This document shows, in pieces, positions 12,670 to 27,166 of a DNA stretch of 64,000 bases. The notes under the pieces were generated by a model. The model saw nothing but the letters and a program-made list of their open reading frames with translations, was not told where the DNA came from and did not search any database. The stretch is from Octopus vulgaris (taxonomy: Eukaryota), in contig OX597836.1 of the NCBI GenBank assembly GCA_951406725.2, positions 19,964,001-20,028,000 of the forward strand, in the 5' to 3' direction. How positions within the stretch are numbered: position 1 is the first letter of the stretch; every line of letters begins with the position of its first letter. The translations under genes were made by a program, and so were the position numbers.

Positions 12670-14505
12670 TGTGTTTTTTTTGTTTTTTTTAGGAAATTGA
12701 TAATTATTTGAATCCCTTCTTGTTAGATTCACGTTAACCTGAACTAATACAACTAGCGGTTGGATGCTTACGAAATTCCTCTTCTTTTCACTGATGACCT
12801 TAATAGCACATGAAACTCCAGTCACAGTCTCTGAAACGATCTTAACTGATATTTGATTTAAAATCTACTAAAATAGTCTGAAAGAAAATATAGGATGGTC
12901 ACTGTTGGAATGCCTTTGATCATGAATCTGCTCTATCAATGTAGGCTTGGAGCAAGCTAAGCCAACGAAGATGCCCATACAATGTCGCTCAACCTTGAAG
13001 AACTAATAAATACCCTTCAAATCACACCCTATTGTTTTAAAAATAAAGAAACAATCGACATTGTAGCTGTTACACATTCATATATATGTGTTTGCGTATG
13101 CCAAACTACATCCCCACTCTTGGCACTATTTTGTTAGTGAACAGTACAACTGTGTGTAAAGTATATAATGTATTACTACGCTGAATGTCGAGTCCGTGTA
13201 TCATGTATAGAAAATAAACACGTAACAATAACAATGGTTTTCAATTGATTGTCTATCCCATCAGAACCAAAACTACACATAACAGTAGCCCTAGATATAT
13301 AACTTATAGCTGTTCGGATTGTGGATCATATTTCCCGAATTTAATCAATTGATCCACAAGCTAAAACTCACTGTATCATTAGTCGTGTTTAGGCTGTGGG
13401 ACTTTTCGATATAACGAAACTAAAAGTTGCGCCAAACAGATAGTCCTATCGTAATTGCTCAACATACTAGAAATAGTTCCTCAATCTCCCTCAAATCAGA
13501 CCAAAAGAAATGAACTAAAATGATATAATCCCACATGGCGCCTGAGAATAATTTGAAAAGACAGAACAAAACTATTCTCGTCCTTCTACTTCCTAGAGAA
13601 GGTGGGAGCCTCTCGAAATTGGAAGAGGCTGTGAGATGGGTTCCTTTTCCTTTTTTTTTTTCAGAAAAAGGCCCAGCAAATAGTCACGGGTCACTTCGTT
13701 GGTTCTCCAGCTAAACCTCCCCCACTGTCTCGTTACAGACCTTCCTGGTCCTGTGGACAGATTATTTCTGAAAGAAAGAAAAAGAGACGGAATAATTTCG
13801 GTTGGAGCTCCTCTTCATAATACATTTGCCCAATGAAAGTTGACTTGGTGTAGGACCTAAACAACAACGACGACCATAACAATGGATAGAAATTGCCGTG
13901 AGTGGTCGAAGATATTAACAACTTGGCAAGGTGACACCTTGGGCAAGTGCCTTCTACTATAGCCATGGGCCAACCAAAGCCTTCTGAGTCGATTTGATAG
14001 ACGGAATTTAAAAGAAAACCATCGTGTGTGTGTGTACGCGCACATGTATCTTTGTGTTTCTGTTCGTCCCTCGCCAGCGGTAGTTGATATGTTTCCGTCC
14101 CCGCAACTTAGCGGTTCGGCAATAGAAACTAATAGAATAAGTACCAGGCTTTAAAAAATATGTCCTAGAGTCGAGATTCATTCAACCAAAAGTTCTTCAA
14201 GGCGGTGCCCCAGTATGGCCGCAGTCTAATGACTGAAAGACGTAAAGTACAAATAACAAGAGTTTGAGCAACGGTGAATGAAGAGACACTAAAAAGAATA
14301 TAAATACAAAAATCCATTAGATAAAGAATTTTAAAAAAATTTTGAATTGCTTCAACTGATGTTTTAAGTCACGTGACATCATACAGGAAGTTGTTTTGTT
14401 TTCAAAGTAACAGAGATTAAAGAAGAGTAATTCTGGGATTCTCTGAGACAACCGAAACAGTGATATGCCAGAAGCGAACAACAGCAACAGCGAAGATAAA
14501 GATTT

Positions 14506-14938
14506 GGCAATCTTTCGTCTCTAGTAGACCTTTCCGTCGATTTCCGTAAAATTTTTTTTTTTTTACATATGGGCTTGCGGGAACTTTTGAAGTAATGAGA
14601 GCGAAAGAGACTAAGAGAAAGCGATTGTATGACGAGGGAAGTTCTTTTGAAGTTACCGTCCAGGGAAGCATTGGTGTACATGTGTGTGTGCGTGCGTGTG
14701 TGTATGTTTGATGGGGTGTGGGAGACAGACAGTATGTTGTGTAAGTGAAGTGCTTCTGTTAGTGTGTGTGAAGAGACAGAGTAATGTGTGAAAGAAAGAG
14801 ATAACTGAATTTTTTTACTCGGTGTATGTGTATATGTATGTATATTACATCAAAAGTTCCCGCAAGCCCATATGTAAAAAAAAAAAAAAAATTTTTACGG
14901 AAATCGACGGAAAGGTCTACTAGAGACGAAAGATCGCC
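14506..14938. mobile_element. Merlin-like MITE
   Basis: ~90-bp TIRs starting GGC(A/G)ATCTTTCGTCTC; perfect 8-bp TSD aaagattt (14498-14505, 14939-14946). Confidence 0.82.
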
Positions 14939-15575
14939 AAAGATTTTAATAGCTGTAAGATCGTGGGTTGAATATATATATGAGAATTTTAAAAAAGCAA
15001 ATATCACTTTTCTATTGAGATTTTAAATATGGAGGATATTAAGAACTTTGCAGGGAGTAAGAAGTAGTTCAAAGGGCGGACATTTAAGAAATAGATAGGC
15101 AAATATAACGTTTATTTGTTAGATGCGAGGAGTTGCGAATTACTAGCGAGTGAGATGCTAATCGCGTATGTTGCACAAAACGTATTTTCTTCACGAATAA
15201 CGTCTGCTGCCGGACGAAGAGGATACCAAGCAGAAAGGGGGGAAAATGATTAAGAAAAAAACGGAAGGCTATAATTGCAGATAATATAACAAACGTTCCT
15301 GAGGAAGGAGAAATATAAGAAGAGATAAAAGGGACGAAAGCTGATGTTGAAAAGTTTAGTGTGACAATCATTATCTACACACACACTCGCACACACACGC
15401 ATACAGATATGCACACGCACACACACGTTAATGCTTTGACTGGAGTATATCGACACACCGCCCACACATGCAGACATACACATATTTTTACAAACTTTAT
15501 GTGTGTCCGTATCTGTATAGATTTGTTTAAACGTATGTATATACATACATACACCCCCCCACAAATATATATATA

Positions 15576-15805
15576 CTCTCTTTACTCTTTTACTTGTTTC
15601 AGTCATTTGACTGCGGCCATGCTGCAGCACCGCCTTTAGTCGAGCAAATCGACCCCGGGACTTATTCTTTGTAAGCCCAGTACTTATTCTATCGGTCACT
15701 TTTGCCGAACGGGGACGTAAACACACCAGCATCGGTTGTCAAGCAATGCTAGGGGGACAAACACAGACACACACATACATATATATATATATGCATATAT
15801 ACGAC
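15576..15805 (-). mobile_element. SINE family A, 3' half
   Basis: Matches family A tail region. Confidence 0.88.
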
Positions 15806-15854
15806 ACGTGTGTGTGAGTGTATGTACGCTTATGTATATGTATGTATGTGTATT

Positions 15855-16190
15855 TGAAAGAATTCCCAAGCAACTTTTGTATGGTGAGATGGGAGACGGC
15901 AGGAGACCAGTGATTCAAGGACTGCCTCAGAATTGCTCTGACACAGACAGAAGTTTCAGTTGTTGATTGGGAGAAGGAGGCACAAGACCAAAATGGATAG
16001 AGGAAGAGAGTGCACAGTGGTTATTTTAAGCTTGAAAGAGAGGAAATGAGGCCCGAAAAGATCAAAAGAAGGCTTAGCAGGAATTAACTTATGGAAAATG
16101 AGTGATGCTATTTATGTGTGTGCTTTGTTGGAGGAGGTACTCGGGTCGTGCAGGCCTGGTCAGCCATCGGAGAACTCACGGGAATCAACC
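15855..16190 (+). pseudogene. RTE-clade LINE C-terminal relic
   Basis: ERIPKQLLYGEM..G.R motif followed by frameshifted DWEKEAQD-like sequence. Confidence 0.7.
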
Positions 16191-16506
16191 CCTTGTAAAT
16201 TGTTATGTGGCTATTGTCCGCAACAAAATATGCGCAACATGTTGAAAGGTGTGTCTTTCAGTTGGAGGATTGAAAAGGCATGTCAAAAGACATCATACTG
16301 TGACACCTGTTCCTTCTTCCATTCAGTACAGCTATGCATTATGCAATAGAATGAGCAAGTCTTTGGCCGGGCTCAAGAGTCATACAAGGGCTTCACGTTA
16401 CATCATCAATGACTTATATTAATGGTTCTTTCTAGCAATGGCTTCGTTCGTATACGAGAAAGCAGCTAAGATATAAGATGTGTGTGTATATATACACATA
16501 CATATA

Positions 16507-16688
16507 GGCGCAGGAGTGGCTGTGTGGTAAGTAGCTTGCTAACCAACCACATGGTTCCGGGTTCAGTCCCATTGCGTGGCATCTTGGGCAAGTGTCTTCT
16601 GCTATAGCCCCGGGCCGACCAATGCCTTGTGAGTGGATTTGGTAGACGGAAACTGAAAGAAGCCTGCCGTATACACACACACACACAC

Positions 16689-16743
<55 letters not shown>

Positions 16744-16898
16744 TCTCCCTAGCATTGCTTGACAACCGATGCTGGTGTGTTTACGTCCCCGTCACTTAGC
16801 GGTTCAGCAAAAGAGACCGATAGAATAAGTACTGGGCTTACAAAGAATAAGTCCCGGGGTCGATTTGCTCGACTGAAACAAGTAAAAGAGTAAAAGAG
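16507..16898 (+). mobile_element. SINE family A
   Basis: Full head; deletion near the tail. Confidence 0.9.
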
Positions 16899-16907
16899 TA
16901 TACATAT

Positions 16908-16974
<67 letters not shown>

Positions 16975-16979
<5 letters not shown>

Positions 16980-17289
16980 TTATTTATGTTTGTCTGTGTG
17001 TGTTTGTGTGTGTATATTTGGTTGTACCTCACTCTGACCACGGCTTTCATATATACAACACATAGCCCAATGTCATAATTCAAAACTAACGAGCGAAAAT
17101 TTTGAAAAGTTCCCCAGTTCTGAAAAAGATCGATAAATTCGACATGGGTCGACAATTAGAAGCACAAACCACAGATGGTCTAGGGGACGCAACTAACTAT
17201 AAAAAAAAATTTACCATATTTTTTCCCATTTTTTTGCTATAAAAATGCTTTATAGTTATTTCAACGAGCAACGCCGGGCGATACTGTAG
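16975..17289 (+). mobile_element. Degraded non-autonomous Helitron
   Basis: Homologous to 20227-20628; 3' end gagcaacgccgggcgatactgtag|t. Confidence 0.75.
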
Positions 17290-17338
<49 letters not shown>

Positions 17339-17760
17339 CATACACACACACGCACACATATATATATACATACAAACACATACATGTATAAGTGTATATG
17401 TATACATATATATTTGTGCGTGAGTTTGTATGTACATAGCATATATATATATTTGTATACGCGCACACGCACACACACACACACGCGCGCATATTTATTT
17501 GTGTGTGTGTGTCTGTGTGTACTTATATAAATAATATTCTTTTCACAGGGGAAAGGCAAAACAGTATTTATCTTAGGGACAGATTCCTTTCTGTAATAGA
17601 TTGAATTTGTTTGTTTAAAATGAATTTAATAGAAAATTTTTTTGCGTCCAACAGAGTCTTCGTCTAAAATCAACAGCAACACAACAGACAATATGTCTGC
17701 GAGGCTTCATGTCAATACATATACATATGTACGTGTAATAGCGTGTATGTTTCTGCGTTC

Positions 17761-17830
<70 letters not shown>

Positions 17831-17896
17831 GGCGGTGCATCAGCCTGGCCGCAGCTCTAAGCTGAAACAAGCAAAAAAATATATATATAAATATAT

Positions 17897-18053
17897 GTCT
17901 TCCATTCTCTGGATCTTTCCTTCTCCTATGTTTCCGACGAAGAGCTCCGCTCGAAACGTTAAACCCTCCTTCCCGAGCGTCCAATAATCCTATATTTGTT
18001 CCACGTCCTCGCGTTGTTGTGTTTTTTGTGTGCTTTTTTGTTTGGATTAACTT
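17897..18053 (+). mobile_element. pLTR-type repeat, second family, with minimal hammerhead-like motif (17930-17964)
   Basis: gttt-CCGACGA-a-gagc(tcc)gctc-GAAACGTT-aaac; near-identical to 20041-20210; flanked by (TA)n. Confidence 0.65.
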
Positions 18054-18064
18054 TATATATATAT

Positions 18065-18122
<58 letters not shown>

Positions 18123-18237
18123 ACACATTGCCGTGACCGACCAGGCTATCAGATGTTGTTACACATTGCTGGTCACAAATGCGCTTCGCATTGTTTTAGC
18201 CTTGAAATGACGCCACCCCGCTGGCTAAGCGAGCAGG

Positions 18238-18288
<51 letters not shown>

Positions 18289-18848
18289 AGTTATTTTTGC
18301 GTCTATTTAATTAAAGATTATAGAAAGAGAAGTCGTTTGGCTAATTGGTTCTGAGTTAGGATATAGGTACAAGGCCTGCAACTATGAGATAAGAAATAAG
18401 TCAAAACTATCAACCTCAATACTAGATTGTTGCTTTATCTAATCAACCACAGGGTGATGGAAAGCAAATTTGACCTCGGTGGAATTCGAAATCAGAATAT
18501 ATCGCAAGGTTTTTTCTCAACACCACCAACACCAATGCTCTTACCTTTCTGCCAGCTCGCTGCCAAAATATTTTTTTACCTTTTATCATTTACTAGTTTC
18601 AGTCATTTGACTGTAGCCATGCTGGAGCATCGCTTTGAGAAACTTTTGAATGAATCGACCTTGATGCTTTTTTTTTTAAAAAACTTTGTATTTACTCTAT
18701 TGGTCTCTTTGGCCAAAACGCTAAGTTACAGGGACGTAAATACACCAACATCGGTTGTCAAGTGATGGTGGGGATAAAACATATGGACATCGGGTATATC
18801 ATATTCACGCATTCATTTCTTCAGATATAAATATAGATCTCATCTATT

Positions 18849-18900
<52 letters not shown>

Positions 18901-18906
18901 CTATAG

Positions 18907-18955
<49 letters not shown>

Positions 18956-19351
18956 TATATACGAAGGGCTGCTTTCAGTTTCAGTCTACCAAATCCACTC
19001 AGATTTTAGTCGGCCCAAAGCTAAAGTAGAAGACACTCGCCCAAGGTGGCACGTAGTGGGACTGAACCCGGAACCATGTAGTTGGGAAGCAAACTTCTTA
19101 CCACCGAGCCATACCTCGACTGTGTTGAATAATATTTCCCTATTGTGTTCGCAAGGAGTGAAATTTTGTAGGAAGGGGAAAATCGATTACATCGAAAGCC
19201 CCCCCTCCTCCCCAATGTTCGATTGATACTTATTTCATCAACCCCGAAAGAATGAAAGGCAGAGTGGACCTCAGTAGCATTTGAACTCAGAACGTAAAGA
19301 GTCGTAAGGCATGCCGCTAAGTATTATGTCCGATATGCTCACGGTTCTCCC

Positions 19352-19584
19352 AGGCGGCGAGCTGGCAGAAACGTTAGCACGCCGGGCGAAATGCTTTGCG
19401 GTATTTCGTCTGCCGCTATGTTCTGAGTTCAAATTCCGCCGAGGTCGACTTTGCCTTTCATCCTTTCGGGGTCGATTAAATAAGTACCAGTTACGCACTG
19501 GGGTCGATATAATCAACTTAATCTGTCTGTCTGTCCTTGTTTGTCTCCTCTGTGTTTAGCCCCTTGTGGGTAGTAAAGAAATAG
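19352..19584 (+). mobile_element. SINE family C, full length
   Basis: Complete head to tail; ggttctc direct repeat at both flanks. Confidence 0.92.
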
Positions 19585-19989
19585 GTTCTCTCAGGTTTTT
19601 TTCAATGTTTCTGACTTTGGCATAAGGCCAGTAATTTTGAGGTGAATTTAGTCGATACTCTCCAACTCCTGTTCTTGACTAGTTCTTTATTTTATCGACC
19701 TCAAAATGATAAAAGGCAAAGTCGAACTCGATGACATTTGGTCGCAGAATGTAAAGAGCTGAAAGAAATTACTCTAAGCATTTTGTCCTGTGCGGTAACG
19801 ATTCTAAGATCGTTACAAGTCTACAAATGCGTAGAGGGGGGGGACGTGTGGAAGACTGGTGGCGGGATGACGGAATAGCGGTGCTTGTCTAATGAATTTA
19901 CTTCAGCATATGACTTGTAACCTGTTTTATCGAACTTATCCATGCGCTTAACCCAACATCAGACATGAACCATTTTGAGCTCTCCATTG

Positions 19990-20210
19990 GAAAGGGTTAA
20001 CGAGTGACCGCGTGTGTACCGTTGGCGATTTTTTTCCCTCTGTCTTCCCTTCTCTGGATCTTTCCTTCTCCTATGTTTCCGACGAAGAGCTCCGCTCGAA
20101 ACGTTAAACCCTCCTTCTTCCCTTCCTTCCTGAGCGTCCAATAATACTATATTTGTTCCACGTTCTCGCGCTGTTGTGTTTTCTCTTTGTGTTTTCATGT
20201 TTGGATTAAC
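19990..20210 (+). mobile_element. pLTR-type repeat, second family, with hammerhead-like motif (20075-20109)
   Basis: Same motif as at 17930; 5' boundary uncertain. Confidence 0.65.
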
Positions 20211-20226
20211 TATCTATATATATATA

Positions 20227-20628
20227 CTAGCAGTATCGCCCGGCGTTGCTCAGGTTTGTAAGGGAAATAACTATAAAGCATTTTTAGAGAGTTATAGCCA
20301 AAAAATAGCAAAAAAATGGAAAAAAAATGTTGGTAAATTTTTTTTTGAGAGTTAAAAAATGTCGAGTTAAAAAATGTCGAGTTGCGTCCCCTAGACAGTC
20401 TGTGGTTTGTGTTTCTGATTCTCGACCCCATGTCGAATTTATCGATTTTTTTCAGAACTGGAGGAACTTTATCAAAATTTTCGCTGCGTTAGTTTTGAAT
20501 TATGACATTGGGCTATGTGTGTGTCAAGTTTCATCAGAATCGGTTCAAAGCAGTGGTCAAGGTGAGGGTACAACCAAACAGACACACAGAAACACACACA
20601 GACAAACTGCCGTTTATATAGAGAGAGA
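20227..20628 (-). mobile_element. Non-autonomous Helitron
   Basis: A|TCTCTCTCTATATAAACGG start, hairpin and CTAG|T end. Confidence 0.88.
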
Positions 20629-20744
20629 TCTGTATGCTCAAGTTTACGGGACAAGTTTATTTTGCGGAAGACTTGTAAGATATCCCTACAACAAAGCCAC
20701 CTCCCACACCCACGTACACTCACTCTTTGCATCACCGATGCATG

Positions 20745-20925
20745 AATTCTTCATTCTTACAAATATTACATTTCAGTCCAAGAGACTCCAAAGTCCTGTT
20801 GCATTTGGTTTAAGCCTTGCAATGTCCGTGGACAAAACTCCTGAGGCCAGACGTTGAAGATATTTGGACTTGACTAACAAGAGCCGTACTTCGCTCATTG
20901 GCTGTTAGACGCCGGCTATTCATAT
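20745..20925 (+). pseudogene. Strongly decayed Helitron PIF1 helicase fragment
   Basis: FQSKRLQSPVAFGLSLAMSVDK then frameshifted GQTLKIFGLD and PYFAH, resembling KRLQFPVRLAFAMSINKSQGQTL...FSHG. Confidence 0.65.
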
Positions 20926-21255
20926 GGTAATAATAATATCTATCTTCTATCTTTTACTTGTTTCAGTCATTCGACTACGGCCATGCTGGGGCTTCGTCTT
21001 GAAATTTTAATGGTGGGAGGTGGGGTAGCGCTGGTGGTGGTGGTTGCGACGGCTGTAGCGCTAGTGGTGGTGGTGATGATGGTGATTGCCGCGATGCTAC
21101 TGCTACTGTTGCTGCGGGCTCCTGTAGCTCGACATTATACAGTCTACGAATTGTCATTGGGATTCAATTTCCTCTCCGACCACATCTGTGATATTTCTTC
21201 ATGTGTCCCCTCGTAACACTGTTTCGTTCCCTCGAATTAAAATGGACACTGAAAA

Positions 21256-21590
21256 GGCGGCGAGCTGGCAGAAACGTTAGCACGCCGGGCGAAATGCGAC
21301 TTAATCCGTTTGTCTGTCCTTGTTTGTCCCCTCTATGTTTAGCCCCTTGTGGGTAGTAAAGAAATATAAAATGGACACTGAAAAGTTGTGGGTAATAAAG
21401 AAATAGGTATTTCATCTGCCACTACGTTCTGAGTTCAAATTCTGCCGAGGTCGACTTTGCCTTTCATCCTTTCGGGGTCGATAAATTAAGTACCAGTTAC
21501 GCACTGGGGTCGATGTAATCGACTTAATCCGTTTGTCTGTCCTTGTTTGTCCCCTCTATGTTTAGCCCCTTGTGGGTAGTAAAGAAATAT
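21256..21590 (+). mobile_element. Compound family C SINE insertion
   Basis: Deleted copy followed by tail-plus-body copy; flank aaatggacac occurs three times. Confidence 0.85.
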
Positions 21591-22180
21591 AAAATGGACA
21601 CATTGCATAAAATTAGATTGCTATTTTGACAGTTAAGCGATTCAAGTCTACAACCCTATTGTCTACAAGGACGGAACGAGTTGAATAATTTTGAAAAGTC
21701 GAAATATCCTTTCCGTGTCATTGTGGCTTTGACTTACAATCTCGATACTTGTTCGTCGACCCCCAAACTTTATCAGTGACACCCAAACTGAAATAAAACA
21801 TTCATCTACATGAAACGTATAAAGTAACACGTTATTATAATGAATTGATGATATCAGAGATAAATAAATGGTTAGGATTTTGGTCTTGTTAAAACTTCAA
21901 GTAATAAACAGCTTCAAATGGAACAGTAAATAGTATTAGGGTAGTATTTCCCCTCCCTACGTGGATATTGATATCGTCGGCGTTGGCAATAAAACTACGA
22001 AACGAGTGCAAAAAGTTAAATTAGGGGTAAAAATGAAAAAAGAATTCTCTTGTTGCATAAATCTTATAAATCATCGTACGAAAAGCTGTCAGAAATGTTT
22101 CTGTTGTGTTAAGTGTTAAGTATTAAAAACGAATTTTGTAAAATAAAAATGTGCCTCGATACATTGCATAAAATTAGACG

Positions 22181-22231
<51 letters not shown>

Positions 22232-22329
22232 CCTTTCCACAGAGCAGCAAGAAGGAAACCACTTTTGAAAAGTCGAAATATCCTTTCCGTGTCATTTATG
22301 TTTGCTTTCAACACTTGTAATATCTCGCT

Positions 22330-22838
22330 GCTGTCATGTTCTCTGATGAGTCCAGATTTGCTGTATTTTCTGACAGTGATCGAGTGTGGGTCTGAGACTC
22401 TGTAGTCAAGAATTTGATGTGAAAATATTGCAGCCAACAATGAAACACGGCGGCTATTGTGTGATGGTCTGGGGAGCAATTTGGAGCAATGGTTGATCAG
22501 AGCTGGTGGAGTGTGAGGGAAGCATAAACTCAAATATGTATCCATATTGCAGAAGGTGTTCTTCCGAATCTTCTCCAGTGGTGAAATGATTAAAGAAGAC
22601 TCTTTATTTATGGACGATGGGGTTCCTTATCACACGGCTGAAATGAACCAAGATTGGTTGGAAGAGAATGGCATTGGAAGAAGCTTCCATGGCCAAGCTA
22701 GTCACCAGATATGAATCCTATTGAACACTTCTGGGGCATAATGGACAGGACACTTCGTAAAGAGAACAAGAAAGCATCTTCAAAGCCAGATCTTTTGAGA
22801 TTGCTGCATGAAACTTGGCAAGAAAGTCCTGGAGAATG
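22330..22838 (+). pseudogene. Tc1-family DDE transposase relic
   Basis: VMFSDESRF, KHGG..VMVWGAI, FMDDGVPYH and WPS*SPDMNPIEHFWG motifs with stops and frameshifts. Confidence 0.9.
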
Positions 22839-23883
22839 AAATCGTCTTAATCAGTTTATCTGTCCTTATTTGTCCCCTCTGTGTTTAGCCCCTTGTGGGT
22901 AATAAAGAAATGCATATACGTGTACCTAGATATAAACATACATACGTAAAACGTAAGGACTAACGTACTTATTTACCTAACACGCACACACACAAGCGTA
23001 CGTACATACATACATACATACATACATACATACATACATACATACATACATACATACATACATACATACATACATTGTACATTGTTATCGATGCATAAAT
23101 ACACATACACACATTTGTACTCACATAGAGGCACGTATACATATTCAAACGTAATACGTAAATACATACATATGCACACGTATTCAAAGATGCACACACA
23201 CACACACACACTCAGATATATATATATATATATATATACAGATATTTACACAAGTAAGTAACTGTATATATAAACCAGATATGGTCATAAATCACTAGTT
23301 ACTTCCCGATGGAAAATCTTAATTAAATTCTTCATCTTGCAAAACTAACACATGCACCCCGCTTATTTAACACATGGCGTTGTGTTTGATTTGATTAAAT
23401 TTACTGTAAGCGATTTGTATAAGTATTGCTTACATGGATATATATACACGCATATATATGCATGTATATGTATAAGTACACACACACACACACACGTGTG
23501 TGTGTAAACGATTCCTAGTTATTCCGTACAAATGTATCATTCGAAGCTCAATGTTTATATTCTAAAAGTGACAAGGACAAACGGTGGAAGTGTTTACTTC
23601 TGCCAGAACCTAGATAAATCATTCCCAACAAAGGATTTCAATCATAAACAAAGATCTTAATTCTTTTTTGCGGAGGGTCAAATATTGATTGTGATTTGCT
23701 CGAAATGCGAGAGTAGAAAAAAAAAAAAAAAACAGCCAACAACTGATGAAAGTTCGTTCTTTATGTTGTTTGTCTTGTTTTCCATTTGTGCCTTTCGTTG
23801 TTCGAAAAAAAATAGTTCATATTGCATGTACTCGTACTTCGTATTTTTGTCGTACTAGTTTCGTGACGTCCTGTGCCCACATA

Positions 23884-23938
<55 letters not shown>

Positions 23939-24076
23939 CGGAGGTGTACTCGCATAGCAAGTGATTTGATCTGAGATCGTGTGCTGGAACGAAAACAATT
24001 GCAGCGTGGAAGGTGTTTGTAAGCCATTTAAGAAACACACAAAAGCCGTTCGATTCACTTCAACATTTAAGTTTAA

Positions 24077-24126
24077 TTTGTCAAAATATTTTCGTCGCTA
24101 AAATCCGCGACCTGTTCACTGACAAA
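24077..24126 (-). ncRNA. Type I hammerhead-like motif with G3:C8 core variant
   Basis: tttgtca-GTGAACA-g-gtcgc(ggatttta)gcgac-GAAA-ATAT-TT-tgacaaa. Confidence 0.7.
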
Positions 24127-24143
24127 AATCCCACGCTGCAATT

Positions 24144-24249
<106 letters not shown>

Positions 24250-24500
24250 TGCCTTTCATCCTTTCGAGGTCGATAAATTAAGTACCAGTTGAGCATTGGA
24301 GTCAATGTAATCGACTCCCCCCCAAATTTCAGGCCTTGTGCTTGTAGTAGAAAGGATTATCATCAATAATATTAATACGCCAACTTGTTGTTTTTGTATG
24401 TCCGTACCTGTGGTGTGTGTCACACTTACTTCAAAGGAAGAAGTGAGTGGCAAAACGGGTGAAAGGAGATCAGAGAAGAATTGAGAGAGAAAGTGAGAGT

Positions 24501-24535
<35 letters not shown>

Positions 24536-24843
24536 TGAGCGAGACGGTGAGTGGTGTCGACGTTCGTTTTGTGTTTTTAAATGTTTATCACATCGTAAGA
24601 AAAGTTAATACATAGATACATACATACATTGTTAAAAAAAAAGAAAAGTCCAATAACATCGGTGGAATGGGATAAAAGAACCTGTGGAAGACTTGAAGGA
24701 AGCGGCCTTTTAACGGAAATACTCAAAAAACGAAATTTTACTGCTATACAACGCACTGTTTCTCTCATGCACGATATCTCAGTGAAACATGCGCGAAAGA
24801 TACACGCGAAGTCAACATCGGAAAGTTTACAAATTATATAATA

Positions 24844-25136
24844 CTAGCAGTATCGCCCGGCGTTGCTCGGGTTTGTAAGGGAAATAACTATATAAGCATT
24901 TTTAGAGAGTTACTTCCCTTATATAATAGCAAAAAAAATGCATTAAAAATGGGGGAAAATGATGGTAAATTTTTTTTTAAACCGTAGACGCGCGCTAATA
25001 CCCAGAAGGGCTCGATATGAATCACGACTATAAGATACCCGGTTTTGGTTACACTGCACCGCAAAATGTGGGAGTAGTTAGGAATCTAAATCGTAGGAGA
25101 CAGACACTCACACAACTTCACTTTTATATATAAAGA
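24844..25136 (-). mobile_element. Non-autonomous Helitron, shorter relative of 10904-11415
   Basis: Same TC start and hairpin/CTAG end. Confidence 0.88.
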
Positions 25137-25829
25137 TAAATGGAACAAAACATAAAATACTTAAATTGATTAATTACACACACTCTTGAATGTCTATACA
25201 ATCATATATACATTTTAATACCCATAGGACTACACATATAATCCAATGTTTACACAACTACGTGAAATTTACAGGACACACATACAAGCATAAGAAAGCA
25301 TGTGTCACAGAGCAAAAAAAAACAACAAAACAATTTTCTTTTTCGAAATTCATAAGTTTAAAAAAAAACACCACAAAAAAAAAATTATGCCCGAAGATAA
25401 ATCTGTCAACAACAAAAAATACAGACGAATACAGATCTGCCAGATGGTGCTATTAAGTTAGACATGGCCTGGGCCAATACTAGCCAAAACCTTTCTAAGT
25501 TAGCCTTAAGAAGCTGCGTTAAGAGCAATGTCTTCATTCAGAGAACTCGGAGGCGGCGTTGTCTCAAAAAATTAACCCTAAACAGTCCCCTAATGTCAAT
25601 GTCCAAGCTCGTCATGCCTCAATGATAACAAAGCAAAATACACATCGAGTCGGCCGTCACCCGGGTCGATAAGGGTCGCACACCCCAGTGAGGAACCAGA
25701 CTGGGTGCGAAAAATCAGCTACTGGTTCAAATATTCCCGAACCTCAAGGGCTGGAAGTACCCCACAACTGCAATATTCCAACAGATGACCATCCACGCTC
25801 GTATCAAATAACCAAAAAAAAAAAAAGAA

Positions 25830-26445
25830 TGAAAATGGTCAAGCGGAGATAATAAAGTTCTTAAGGCCTTCTATCATACCATGTATTTCCCTACAAATAA
25901 ATATAATACTGACCAAAGCTACCTAAACTGGAGACAGAAGCACCTTGAAGTAAGATCCTACATAGACAGTAACAAACTTGCCAACGTCAAAAGAAACATG
26001 AAAAAGAAATTACTCACTGAATTAGAGACTGACAAAATTAAACAAACAATAAGAGATAAAAGGAACGAAGTTGCAGCTAAATAAGATATTACTGAGGAAA
26101 TAATTATAGACCAACCCAGGTCTGATGAAAATGCAGTAATGATAGAACGAGTCAATGTAACTGATAAACAAAGTGAAATACTCTCTGAACCAACCATAAA
26201 CACCAAGGCAGATGAAAATCAAATAGATGAAGAAAGTCACACAGAAATTGACCCAACTGAACTAGATGATCTTAAAACTCAAATCATGATTGAATGGCTG
26301 AAAATGAAAGAAACCGGTATGACTGAACGTGACACTCTCCCAAAACCTGAAAGTAATGGGTAAAGTCCGCCTTGCACTTAAGGATATAATTTCAGCTAAT
26401 GATATTGATATTACAGATCTCAACCACCTGTATTATGCATCCGCG
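25830..26445 (+). pseudogene. Probable R4/Dong-like LINE ORF N-terminal relic
   Basis: Frameshifted KW..., YLNWRQKH...IDSNKLANVKR, DITDLNHLYYASA resembling Dong/R4 N-termini (recalled, not searched). Confidence 0.55.
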
Positions 26446-26499
26446 AAGATCTATGTGGTGAAAAGATTAGTATTCTTTGTGGTGAAAAGATTAGAAAAC

Positions 26500-26677
26500 G
26501 ACAACATTGCCAGAAAACGTTGTCTTCCTTTTCTATTGGACTTTCTTCCGTCTCCTGTTTCTGAAGAAGAGTTTTGCTCGAAACGTAAATCCACCTTTCT
26601 TTCCTCCCCCGAGCGTCTGCTAATACTTTACATGTACCACGTCCTCACGTTTTTTTTTTTGTTTGCTCTTCGTTTTT

Positions 26678-26680
<3 letters not shown>
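26500..26680 (+). mobile_element. Diverged pLTR-type repeat with hammerhead-like motif (26557-26591)
   Basis: gttt-CTGAAGA-a-gagt(ttt)gctc-GAAACGTA-aatc; downstream sequence homologous to the 17897 and 19990 copies. Confidence 0.6.
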
Positions 26681-26766
<86 letters not shown>

Positions 26767-26875
26767 CTTACATATATATGTATGTATGTGTGTGTGTGTA
26801 TATATATATATATACTGGTAGATATAGATATAGATATATATACATACATATATATATAAATATATACATATATAT

Positions 26876-27102
26876 ATTTCTTTACTGCCCACAAGGGGCT
26901 AAATATAGAGGGGACAAACAAGGACAGACAAAGGGATTATGTCGACTACATCGACCCCAGTGCGTAACTGGTACTTTATTTATCGACCCGGAAAGGATGA
27001 AAGGCAAAGTCGACCTCGGCGGAATTTGAACTCAGAACGCAGCGGCGGACGAAATACCACAAAGCATTTCGCCCGGCGTGCTAACGTTTCTGCCAGCTCG
27101 CC
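26876..27102 (-). mobile_element. SINE family C
   Basis: Full-length match to other C copies. Confidence 0.92.
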
Positions 27103-27135
27103 GATACATACATACATACTTACATACATACATAC

Positions 27136-27166
<31 letters not shown>

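Noticed and set aside
12791-12823. CTGATGA...GAAAC...GTC hammerhead-like string
   Set aside because: Neither stem I nor stem II can pair
23743-23880. CTGATGA at the start of a pLTR-like segment
   Set aside because: No stem II/GAAA half follows; at most a deleted relic
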